A DNA stretch of 64,000 bases from NCBI GenBank assembly GCA_029855935.1, contig JAGSHN010000031.1, forward strand, positions 73,650-137,649, written 5' to 3'. The number at the start of each line of letters is the position of its first letter. Position 1 is the stretch's first letter. The notes below the pieces were generated by a model that was not told where the DNA came from, made no database searches, and worked only from the letters and a program-made list of their open reading frames with translations. Positions 25,793-34,122 of the stretch are shown here, piece after piece. The position numbers and the translations under genes are program-made. Source of the stretch: Candidatus Thorarchaeota archaeon (GTDB lineage Archaea; Asgardarchaeota; Thorarchaeia; Thorarchaeales; Thorarchaeaceae).

Positions 25793-26611
25793 CTATTGCC
25801 CAGCAGTGATACGTCTATACACGGAGTCCATCACGCGTCGCGCAAACTCTTGGTCGTCCTTGAATGCCCAGGGAATGGAAAAGAACTCCTTGCGAGCCTG
25901 CTCAATGGCCTCCCTGTCTCTGTTGATGAGTGCCTTGAACACAAGCTTGGTCCAGTTGAAGCACGGATGCCTATGGAACTCCTCTATGAAACCCGATGTC
26001 CCGGCCACGCGCTTCAGATACTCAACACCGTCTTTCGGGCGGCCAAGCATAAGGTCCGATAGAGCGCCGAGGCACGCAAAGACCACGGCATTCTTCACGA
26101 TGCCAGACGATATGTATTTCTCAGCCCCCTCCTTGTACTCTTGGGCCTTCTTCGCATAGAGCTGGCGCCCGTCTAGAATGTGTATGTCAGTGGGGATCTC
26201 CTCCCGCTCAACACGCTTGAGTCCGCCGCCACTCAGGATTGCGGCCTTCAACTCCGCCTGCATCATTCGCATGTCCGCATCCTTCTGGAGCGCCCTAGCC
26301 GTATCGACTATTCTTCGACCCGCATCAACGAGTCGGGCCTTGATTGTGGGGTCGACCAGAGCGGGATCATTGCGGGCCACGCCGTTCTCGTAGACAGTAC
26401 GAGCATATCTGAACAGCTCGTAGGCACGTGTTGTCAGGTTCTTCTCAAGTGCAAACTCCACGCCTTCAAGTATTGCAAGGATGGCGTTGTCGGTCTCACC
26501 CAAGTTCTCAAACTGTGTTGCCGCCTCAATGAGCCAGAGGAGCGAGTCTGTGCTCTCAGCCTTGATGAGCCCCTGACCCTTCGCTAGGGAACTGTAGGCG
26601 TCAATACACAT
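25793..26611 (-). CDS. All-helical alpha-SNAP/Sec17-like (TPR-like) protein
   Basis: 272 aa; AAxxF...A..A...A...F..A...Y N-terminal pattern and KLVFKALINRDREAIEQARKEFFSI C-terminus. Confidence 0.55.
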   Translation of the reverse strand: MCIDAYSSLAKGQGLIKAESTDSLLWLIEAATQFENLGETDNAILAILEGVEFALEKNLTTRAYELFRYARTVYENGVARNDPALVDPTIKARLVDAGRRIVDTARALQKDADMRMMQAELKAAILSGGGLKRVEREEIPTDIHILDGRQLYAKKAQEYKEGAEKYISSGIVKNAVVFACLGALSDLMLGRPKDGVEYLKRVAGTSGFIEEFHRHPCFNWTKLVFKALINRDREAIEQARKEFFSIPWAFKDDQEFARRVMDSVYRRITAGQ

Positions 26612-26843
26612 CACTGAACGATCTGTCTTTGTGCACTTGGCAGCAACCTCTCCCTTGGGCAGTGCCACATTTCTCAGGCCGCAAGAGTACTGTGAACCGC
26701 TGACTCTAAGCCAAGAACAATACTCTTGTGACTCCAACGGGCCAACACCAACTGAAGCGTGTGAACATCGCCTAATAAACAAATTCAGCTGTACCGACAA
26801 TCTTAACTTAGCAGAATAGAGCGTCGACCGCGGGGTCGACACA

Positions 26844-27239
26844 ATGGACGATGACGACGCGGAGCTCGCATCAATCCGGCGAAAGAAGATGCTACAGCTT
26901 ATGGAGAGAGAGAAGCGGCTCCGAGAACAGCAAGAACGCGAACAGAAGACCAAGGAAGAGAGAACGAAGCTGCTCCAGAGGTTTCTCGCACCAGACGCAC
27001 AGGCGTATCTGAGCTCCCTGAGAGAGAGAGAGCCGACTGTTGCAAAGAGAATAGAGGATGTGTTCCTTTATCTGATAGTCTACCGTGGACTCAGACAGAT
27101 ATTCAGCCAGATTGACGTGATGTACGTAGAGCGCCGAATAAAGGGCGAGGGGCCACGCATTCGTGTCCAGCGCGATGGTGAGATCTCAGACTTTAGTTCC
27201 TACGTGAGAGAGGCCCTACAGAAAGACTCTGACAAGTAG
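26844..27239 (+). CDS. PDCD5/TFAR19-like DNA-binding protein (divergent)
   Basis: DDAELASIRRKKMLQL N-terminus and LQRFLAPDAQAYL...P-x2-AKRIE core. Confidence 0.75.
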   Translation: MDDDDAELASIRRKKMLQLMEREKRLREQQEREQKTKEERTKLLQRFLAPDAQAYLSSLREREPTVAKRIEDVFLYLIVYRGLRQIFSQIDVMYVERRIKGEGPRIRVQRDGEISDFSSYVREALQKDSDK

Positions 27240-27258
27240 TGCAGTCTTCCGCCTACGC

Positions 27259-28164
27259 TCACTGAAGAGCAGCCGCCCTAGATTTCCACTCCTTGATCTT
27301 GTATCTGAGGTCCTCCGTACTGCCCGGTGAGGACTTCCAAGAACTCGCCGTCCGCCGCATCTGAAATATCAGGGCGCCGCCCCGTGCCATCTTCTGCTCA
27401 AGGAGGTCAACTGCGGTCTCTAGTGCGCGTGCGACGCTCTCCGAATCATCGGTCCGAGAGACTATCTTCTCCAGGTCGTCGAATATCTCCTCAGGAGAGG
27501 CAGCCTGCCATCGCTCTGTTGGCACCTGCGCCTCTCGGTACTTCTTGGCCAACTGCACCACATCGCCAGGGGCCATCTCCAGCTCACCCTCTGCAACAAG
27601 ACGCTCGACGGTTTCCCTGACGGCAGACTTGTCAGATACAAGGAGAGCAGCAAGGTCGTCCAGTTTCATCTTGTGATGACGCATCACGTGGACGAGGACT
27701 CTGTGCTTGCTGTCACCGGCCTCTGCCAAGACGCTCTTCAGAACATCAACTGCCCCCTCGGTGCCAAGTATCACGGCCATGGCAGCCGCCGACAGGCGGG
27801 ACAGGTTTCCTTCGAGAAGACGCAGTTTTGCATTCGCTAGGTCGAGCTGCTCCCGGAGCTGTTTCGAGTCCTCGCGTGCTACCGGGACCGCAGCCTCAGC
27901 GGTGACCCCACCCTGCTGGGACTCCCTCATCGCAGCACCCATTGCACGCATAGCATTCTGGCTCCGCTTGAGCTCGTCCTTCAGACGGAGAATCTCTTCC
28001 TCTCGCTCTCTCAGCTGGGCTTCCAGCTCCTCTACTCGTTGGGACAACTGAGTGGCCCGTCGTACGCTACCGCTGAGCTGAGCCTGAAGGACTTCAAGTC
28101 GTTGGTTCAGCGCGGCAATCTGCATTGTCTTCTCACGAAGCCTTGTGTTGATCTCGTCAGACAC
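27259..28164 (-). CDS. Coiled-coil + winged-helix + helical-bundle hypothetical protein
   Basis: N-terminal heptads; LDDLAALL...VRETVERLVAEGEL wHTH pattern; GTG 28164. Confidence 0.7.
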   Translation of the reverse strand: MSDEINTRLREKTMQIAALNQRLEVLQAQLSGSVRRATQLSQRVEELEAQLREREEEILRLKDELKRSQNAMRAMGAAMRESQQGGVTAEAAVPVAREDSKQLREQLDLANAKLRLLEGNLSRLSAAAMAVILGTEGAVDVLKSVLAEAGDSKHRVLVHVMRHHKMKLDDLAALLVSDKSAVRETVERLVAEGELEMAPGDVVQLAKKYREAQVPTERWQAASPEEIFDDLEKIVSRTDDSESVARALETAVDLLEQKMARGGALIFQMRRTASSWKSSPGSTEDLRYKIKEWKSRAAALQ

Positions 28165-28243
28165 TGTGCACCACCGGTGAATTGTCATATAGCGAGTAGT
28201 AAAAAGGGAATTGTGTACCTCCCACCGGGTCGGAGAGAGATAG

Positions 28244-28999
28244 ATGTTGCGACTATTCGACGCTCACACCCATCTCGATATGCAGCACTACAAGAACGAC
28301 TTGGACCACGTGGTACAACGCGCCAGAGATGCCGGTGTCGAGGGGATGGTCAGTTCTTCGATAGGCCCCGGGTCATTCCGCCGGACACTTGGAATCGTGA
28401 AGAAGTATCAGGGCATTGTGTTTCACACAGCTGGCTGTTCTGTCTCGCAGCTCACAAGAGATGAGGCAGACCGAATCATCGCCCTTGCAAGGAGGTACGC
28501 CTCGCAACTTGTGGCCATCGGTGAGGTCGGGCTCGACTACTATTGGGTGAAAGATCCCGCAGGAAGGCGCGCTCAGGAGCCGCTGTTCCTCGACTTCATC
28601 AGGCTGGCGGAAGAACTAGGTCTCCCGCTTGTCATCCACTCACGTAGGGCGGAGGCTGAGGCTGTCACAATCCTTGAGAGAGAGTTCAACGGCGATGTGT
28701 TGATGCACTGTTTCGACGGTAAGCCAGATGTCGTAAGACGAGTGGCCGAGAACGGGTGGTATATCACCCTACCTGCCAACTTCGGTCGGTACAGGAACAG
28801 GATAAGAGCGGCACAGACACTCCCCCTCGAACAGATCATGCTTGAAACAGATGGGCCGTATCTGTCGCCAACCGGAGAGAGAAACGAACCAGCGAACGTG
28901 AGGTATGGGTGCGAGTCTCTCGCCGAGCTTCTTGGGATGGACGCTGAGGTCGTCGCAGAGACCACAACAAGAAACGCACGGCGCTTCTACCGGGTCTAG
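28244..28999 (+). CDS. tatD: TatD-family nuclease
   Basis: DAHTHL, IGEVGLDY, IHSR, MHCF, LETDGPY, RNEP. Confidence 0.95.
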   Translation: MLRLFDAHTHLDMQHYKNDLDHVVQRARDAGVEGMVSSSIGPGSFRRTLGIVKKYQGIVFHTAGCSVSQLTRDEADRIIALARRYASQLVAIGEVGLDYYWVKDPAGRRAQEPLFLDFIRLAEELGLPLVIHSRRAEAEAVTILEREFNGDVLMHCFDGKPDVVRRVAENGWYITLPANFGRYRNRIRAAQTLPLEQIMLETDGPYLSPTGERNEPANVRYGCESLAELLGMDAEVVAETTTRNARRFYRV

Positions 29000-29080
29000 G
29001 TGTTCCGAGTACCGAAACGGCTCTGACCGATAGCGAGAAAAGATATCGTGAGTCGTATTGAACAGAGCTGTGTGTTGAGT

Positions 29081-29872
29081 ATGTACGTGAGAAAGTTCAT
29101 CGATCCCGACCCCAGCACACTCAATGACCCGGTGGCGGTCGTCGGGCTCCCGGGGATAGCAAATGTCGGGCGAATCGCGGTCGAGACACTGATTGCTGAG
29201 TTGAATGCAGAGTTGTTGCTCTATCTCTTCAGTGACGAGTTTCCACCACGCGTACTGGTCAGAGGGGGCATCTCTGAGATTCCGAAATCGGCGCTCTACC
29301 TGTACAGAGCCGCTCCAGACGAGCCGCACGACCTGCTTCTCCTGACAGGCGACTATCAGCCTGAAACAAGCAGGGGAGTCTTCGAGTATTCCGACTTCAT
29401 CATTCAGAAGCTGGCAGGTCTAAATGTCAAGACCGTCATTGCTCTCGCGGCCTATGAGCAGGACTACCACACATTTCTCAACTCCTATCCTGCAGCGCCC
29501 CGTGTCTACGCCTCCGCAAGCTGTGAGGAGCTGCTCGGACGAATGTCGGCTGCAGACGGTGTCGTATCTATGACGCAGGGAGTTATCAACGGCGCGAATG
29601 GATTCATTCCTGGCTGGGCCGCAACTATGTATGATATGGAGGGCGGTTGCCTACTTGGCGAGACAATGGGTGTCATCAAGGCAGACTACCGTGCCGCAAT
29701 GCGGGTCCTTGAGGTGTTCTCATCGGTTGTCGGCGTGCAAGTTGACCTCAGTGGGATGGACGACCACGTTCACAGGGTGGAAGAGTTCATAGAATGGGCA
29801 AAGAAGGAGATTCTTGAACGGCAGGAGAGCCAAGAGGAGGACGAGTCCGCGCGCGACCGCTACATCGGCTGA
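29081..29872 (+). CDS. PAC2-family proteasome assembly chaperone
   Basis: GLPGIANVGRIA, FPPRV, LTGDYQP, CLLGET, C-terminal YIG. Confidence 0.9.
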   Translation: MYVRKFIDPDPSTLNDPVAVVGLPGIANVGRIAVETLIAELNAELLLYLFSDEFPPRVLVRGGISEIPKSALYLYRAAPDEPHDLLLLTGDYQPETSRGVFEYSDFIIQKLAGLNVKTVIALAAYEQDYHTFLNSYPAAPRVYASASCEELLGRMSAADGVVSMTQGVINGANGFIPGWAATMYDMEGGCLLGETMGVIKADYRAAMRVLEVFSSVVGVQVDLSGMDDHVHRVEEFIEWAKKEILERQESQEEDESARDRYIG

Positions 29873-29877
29873 GATCG

Positions 29878-30069
29878 TCACTCCACAAGTTCCGGCGCAA
29901 GGATATCGGTGATATGCGCCTCACTGTCGAGGTTGATGTAGAAGTAGTGGTCTTTGTGCTTGACCTTGACGGTGACTGGAAATCTTGATGCGCCCTCAAC
30001 GACATGTGGGGGCACACGCAATATGGTCTTGTTACCACACACTGGGCATTTGGCATATCGCTCGAACAA
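29878..30069 (-). CDS. Small putative Zn-binding protein (CxxC...HxxH)
   Basis: CPVC...HKDHYFYINLD; TTG start behind GAGGA SD. Confidence 0.7.
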   Translation of the reverse strand: MFERYAKCPVCGNKTILRVPPHVVEGASRFPVTVKVKHKDHYFYINLDSEAHITDILAPELVE

Positions 30070-30097
30070 CGGTACATTCCTCTATACAATCTTTCAA

Positions 30098-30481
30098 TCA
30101 CGGGGATACGAGTCTGGAGTCTGTCGACAGAACAATGACGGTCTGGAAACGTTCAGGGTCCTGAAGGGCCTCAGTAAAGAGCCTGATTATCTCTTCAGCG
30201 GAACGGCCCGCGATATCCTCCGATCCAGTGGCCACAATTCTGATGTTCTCATAGACTCCCGTCTGCGCAAGCAGCGAGAAGGAAACACCATCCGCACTCG
30301 TCGCCCTCACCACAACGTATCTTGCAAAGTCCTGAAACTCATTCTTCGGGCCCCGGAGACTACCGTTCACCCTCTTGACGCGTCCCGAGGAGAGAGCGGT
30401 GTCGAGCAGGTAGGCACGGAGCACCTGATTCCCGACCTTTCTGCGTATGTCGATGAACTCCTCTACGGAACCGTCACTCAT
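30098..30481 (-). CDS. Hypothetical protein
   Basis: 127-aa ORF with GGAGG SD, co-oriented with the Zn-finger gene. Confidence 0.7.
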   Translation of the reverse strand: MSDGSVEEFIDIRRKVGNQVLRAYLLDTALSSGRVKRVNGSLRGPKNEFQDFARYVVVRATSADGVSFSLLAQTGVYENIRIVATGSEDIAGRSAEEIIRLFTEALQDPERFQTVIVLSTDSRLVSP

Positions 30482-30763
30482 TCGAAGCCTCCACCTGGGG
30501 CCACTGGTCACAGGACATCACCCTTACGTGGAACTCTCGCAGGGCGTACATATAGGGATTTTCGGGACGTAGGGTCGTGAGAAACGCGATGACACGACCG
30601 TGTCTCATAGGTGGTCGCCACAAGGAGCTGTGCGATCTGCACCCGGCCAGATCAACGTGTCCCGAGGTTAGTACTCCTTATGGAGCGGACCTGTTACCCA
30701 GAATATCTTTATTTGGCCGTTGTATACTGTGATGAGATAGCCAGCTGTATCGGAGTGAAGGCA

Positions 30764-31477
30764 ATGCTGCAGACCGTTGACATGGCAATCCGTGAGATTC
30801 ACATCGGCCTATGGTTCTTGGTCGTTGGGTACTACTTCTTCCTGTTCCTGTTCCTTCTCTTTTTCAGATGGAGAAAGTCCAAGAACCCGTTCCAGCTGGC
30901 AATGGCCCTGTTCTTCCTCCTCCTTGCCGTAGGGAGAGCATTCTACTTTGTCGGTGACTTCTACGCCGATTCACGGTCGCTGTACGGTGACCTGTCCAAT
31001 ATGGTTGGTGTGTTTCTGCCGGACCTTCAGCCGTGGCTTCAGGCAGGTGCGTTCTTCCAGTGGATGGCGCTGGCCATCCTATCAGCAACAGCCGGCTTCA
31101 TGATCTTTGGACAGAGATGGGCAGAGATCATCTTTGCGGCACCGGCCATCATCATCGGCATAGCGCTTGGGGTCGTGCCGATGGACAATTCCACACGATT
31201 TCTGATCTCCGGCACTGCTGGCCCAATCTATGCCCTGTTTATTCCCTTGCTGTTCTGGTACCTTGCATACCAGTCAGGAGGGATACTGAGAAGGTCCAAT
31301 TTTGTCCTCGGGACGGGCTTCTTCGTCCTCTTTGCAGGCCGAGTTGTCCACGCTGGCAGGTTCTGGCTATCCGACAACATGTTTGGGACCCTGACCATCC
31401 CCGGCATCCTCGCACCCGGTCTCATTGTCATAGGGCTCATCCTGATTGCCATTGGCAATGAGTGGGGTCAACAGTAG
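30764..31477 (+). CDS. Seven-transmembrane protein of unknown function
   Basis: Seven hydrophobic segments in 237 aa; ATG 30764 behind GGAGTGA. Confidence 0.75.
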   Translation: MLQTVDMAIREIHIGLWFLVVGYYFFLFLFLLFFRWRKSKNPFQLAMALFFLLLAVGRAFYFVGDFYADSRSLYGDLSNMVGVFLPDLQPWLQAGAFFQWMALAILSATAGFMIFGQRWAEIIFAAPAIIIGIALGVVPMDNSTRFLISGTAGPIYALFIPLLFWYLAYQSGGILRRSNFVLGTGFFVLFAGRVVHAGRFWLSDNMFGTLTIPGILAPGLIVIGLILIAIGNEWGQQ

Positions 31478-31616
31478 GGAGCAGACGTCAGGCAGGCCTG
31501 CAAGAGGGAGCAGCTCATCGCTCCCTACATCTGTCAGAAGGAGTGATGACCACGTCAGATCAGACCATCTACTAGCGACTACGGGCCTACGCAGAGAGTA
31601 ATGTCTCTCCAGCCAC

Positions 31617-32231
31617 TCACTCACCAAGCTCTTTCCACTGGAGTATCTTCATGTCCTCGAGAGTGTGTAGAGCCTTCTGGACATCCTTGAGGTGCATCCC
31701 GAGCTGGTCGGCAATCGCTCGGGCAGTCAGGTTGCCCTTGCACATCTTCGCAACATCGTAGGTTTCCTGGTCCATCTGCCCGAGACGGACGAGCATGGGA
31801 GAGACCTTTCCCTTCAGGACAGGTACCAGGACTTTCTTCTCGGAGGCCTTGCCATCCTTCGTAATCTCGTCAATGGTCCTGCGGAACTCCTCGAATGGCT
31901 CAAGATTGCCATCCCAGTCCTGGAGGATCTCGGCATACTTCTTGACGAAGGCATTATTCACATCCGCAAGGATGGCCATTGCTGTGTTGGTGTCATCAAT
32001 CTTATCGATTATGCCGGCCACAATGACGTTGTCCTTCAAGGAGAGACAGATGTCGAACGCCCCGAAATCGATGACGTGAACGCGGTTGCCGGAACTGAGT
32101 TCGCGACCGAATTGGATGAGCGCTGTCAAGAAGCCGCTGATGAGGTTCGGATCGATGTCAGCCTCGCCATATTTCCTGTCAAGCACGCACAGCCCGCTGT
32201 CCGCGATGAGAACGTAGATTGCCTGTATCAA
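31617..32231 (-). CDS. Longin-domain protein with C-terminal winged helix
   Basis: IYVL-x3-SGLC...DPNLISGFLTALIQFGREL...FVKKY...WDGNLEPFEEF; C-terminal TARAIADQLG...ALHTLEDMKIL. Confidence 0.85.
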   Translation of the reverse strand: MIQAIYVLIADSGLCVLDRKYGEADIDPNLISGFLTALIQFGRELSSGNRVHVIDFGAFDICLSLKDNVIVAGIIDKIDDTNTAMAILADVNNAFVKKYAEILQDWDGNLEPFEEFRRTIDEITKDGKASEKKVLVPVLKGKVSPMLVRLGQMDQETYDVAKMCKGNLTARAIADQLGMHLKDVQKALHTLEDMKILQWKELGE

Positions 32232-32359
32232 CTCATAGTCTCTCCCGACTGTGGTCTCTAGGCTGTAGTCATCATTGCTTTATATCAATTCTCGTGGTCT
32301 CTCCCGGAGGCGATAGACCTTTCTGTGGATAGATACTGCCACGGCGTGGTGAGAATCTC

Positions 32360-33055
32360 GTGGACACGGCCAAAGACGCTCGCATTCTCCTTGTCGAAGA
32401 TGCGCTCAATCGAATGCTCGCAGTTGTCAAGCAGCGGCGTCTGAAGACCTACCTAGACTATGCTGCTCTGGCAGCCGCACTCAATGACGCACATGGCGCC
32501 CTCTACGAGGTCAAGTATTCCTATGCCGATGCGGAGCAGGTCTTGAATCTACCAGCCACAACACGTGTCGTGGCCGCGGCAGAGGCCGTCGCCAAAGCAG
32601 TAGGCGATGCTATGAACTCGGGCTACAAGCCGGGCAGTACTGGTGAGAAACTGGCCTTGGCAGAGCTGAACTATGGAACAAGAATCATCACGGGCTTTCC
32701 AAGACGTCTGAGAAACGGTAGTGACGATCCTGGGATGGCCACCGACATAATTGCTGTCGAGACCACACAGGTGTCCGAGGTGAAGGGGTCCGAGAATCTG
32801 CTCGAGTGCAGATGCACAGACGGCTCCCGGATATGGACCGTTGTGACAAACATCAGAGAGGTGAGACCCAATATGACCCTTGCTGCAGCTGTATTGCCGC
32901 CTGCAGAGTTTATGGGAGTCATTAGTGAGGCGATGTTCCTGAGCAAGAATGTCCTCCCGGAGGGGACAGCCCTGGGAGTCATCGAGCAACCCACGCCGGA
33001 CATTCTGAAACAGGCTCGCGCACAGGTCCTTGCCATAGTAAAGAGGCTGATGTAG
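32360..33055 (+). CDS. tRNA-binding domain (Trbp111/Myf-like OB fold) protein with helical N-terminus
   Basis: VVTNI, LPPAEFMGVISEAMF. Confidence 0.8.
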   Translation: MDTAKDARILLVEDALNRMLAVVKQRRLKTYLDYAALAAALNDAHGALYEVKYSYADAEQVLNLPATTRVVAAAEAVAKAVGDAMNSGYKPGSTGEKLALAELNYGTRIITGFPRRLRNGSDDPGMATDIIAVETTQVSEVKGSENLLECRCTDGSRIWTVVTNIREVRPNMTLAAAVLPPAEFMGVISEAMFLSKNVLPEGTALGVIEQPTPDILKQARAQVLAIVKRLM

Positions 33056-33403
33056 ATGGTGGGACTGCGAGAGATACAGCAGAGACTCAGACAGTTCGAG
33101 GAGGCACGTGGATGGAACAGATTCCCCGCATCTCAGGTCTTCACTCATCTCATTGAGGAGCTGGGGGAGATATCACGGTATATAACGGTGGAGGAGGGCT
33201 ACAAGGCCATCGGGCTGGGCCATGAGGCGCCAGACAGATCGGGACTCGCAAGAGAATTCGCCCAGGTCTTTTCCCTCTTCGTTCAGCTCGCCAACCACTT
33301 TGGGATTGATCTTGAGGCCAGTGTCCTGCGTGAGATTGAGCTGATGGAGAAGAGGTTCCCGGCGCGAGAATGGCGTGAATACATGAGCGGAGAGGAAGGG
33401 TGA
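33056..33403 (+). CDS. MazG-like nucleotide pyrophosphohydrolase
   Basis: FEEARGW, LIEELGEI, LANHFGIDLE, KRFP. Confidence 0.85.
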   Translation: MVGLREIQQRLRQFEEARGWNRFPASQVFTHLIEELGEISRYITVEEGYKAIGLGHEAPDRSGLAREFAQVFSLFVQLANHFGIDLEASVLREIELMEKRFPAREWREYMSGEEG

Positions 33404-33440
33404 CTCGATAGCGCAGGCCACCTGAGGCCGTCTCAGCTAC

Positions 33441-33878
33441 TCATTTCATCTTCCGATGGGCGTCGAGTTCCTTCTTGGCCAGGTCCTCAAGGTCCTTTGT
33501 CGCGGCCAACAGGCCAAGTGCCCTGTTGCTCACTGCCTTGATGTTCTTTTCCTTTGCCCACTGCGCCAGACCAGTCACGAGCGGGCCGAGCGCAGTGCGA
33601 GCAGCCTCAACAGTGCCGACTGCCTTTCCAAGAAGCTCAAGGGCATTCTTGGGCTTGAGACGTGCCTCCGCCACACGCAACCAGACAAGAGCATGAATCA
33701 TGTAGAGTGCATCAAGCATCAGTGTTGGTGACTTCGGGTTCTCCTGAACTTTGGCGATCAGACGATTCTTACGGGTCTCGAAGACATCCTTGAACAGGTT
33801 GTAGGCCTTCTTGTAACTACCCTTGTCGAGCTCTATGATACCCTTCTGAAGCTTCTCATCGGTCTCGGACAATCGCAC
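33441..33878 (-). CDS. Hypothetical helical (TPR-like) protein
   Basis: GIIELDKGSYKKAYNLF TPR-like start; true start may be TTG 33872. Confidence 0.65.
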   Translation of the reverse strand: MRLSETDEKLQKGIIELDKGSYKKAYNLFKDVFETRKNRLIAKVQENPKSPTLMLDALYMIHALVWLRVAEARLKPKNALELLGKAVGTVEAARTALGPLVTGLAQWAKEKNIKAVSNRALGLLAATKDLEDLAKKELDAHRKMK

Positions 33879-34032
33879 GCCTCCGCCAGCCGTTTAGGTA
33901 TATGCGCAGTTCAAGATACCCACGACACTATTATGACTTTCTGCGCCGAAAGCCACCGAGAACCCGGGGCGACACAGGGACCATCAGCCAGTCTCGCGAG
34001 AGACCCAGCATATCGCTCTTGAACTCGGGAGT

Positions 34033-34040
34033 ATTTAAAT
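34033..34040 (+). promoter_or_regulatory. TATA-box-like element
   Basis: ATTTAAAT upstream of the ANL-family gene. Confidence 0.5.
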
Positions 34041-34122
34041 CACGGTACTTGAAAGTGAACAGCCACTTGGAGTGAACACGCCCAAGGCGTGTGCCACCAC
34101 ACTACCACACGGAGGATAGCGG

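Noticed and set aside
26612-26953. N-terminal extension of the 386-aa ORF
   Set aside because: Overlaps the PDCD5-like gene antisense and the divergent promoter region; start moved to 26611
27020-27032. (GA)n run
   Set aside because: Encodes RERE within the PDCD5-like CDS; not evidence of phase variation
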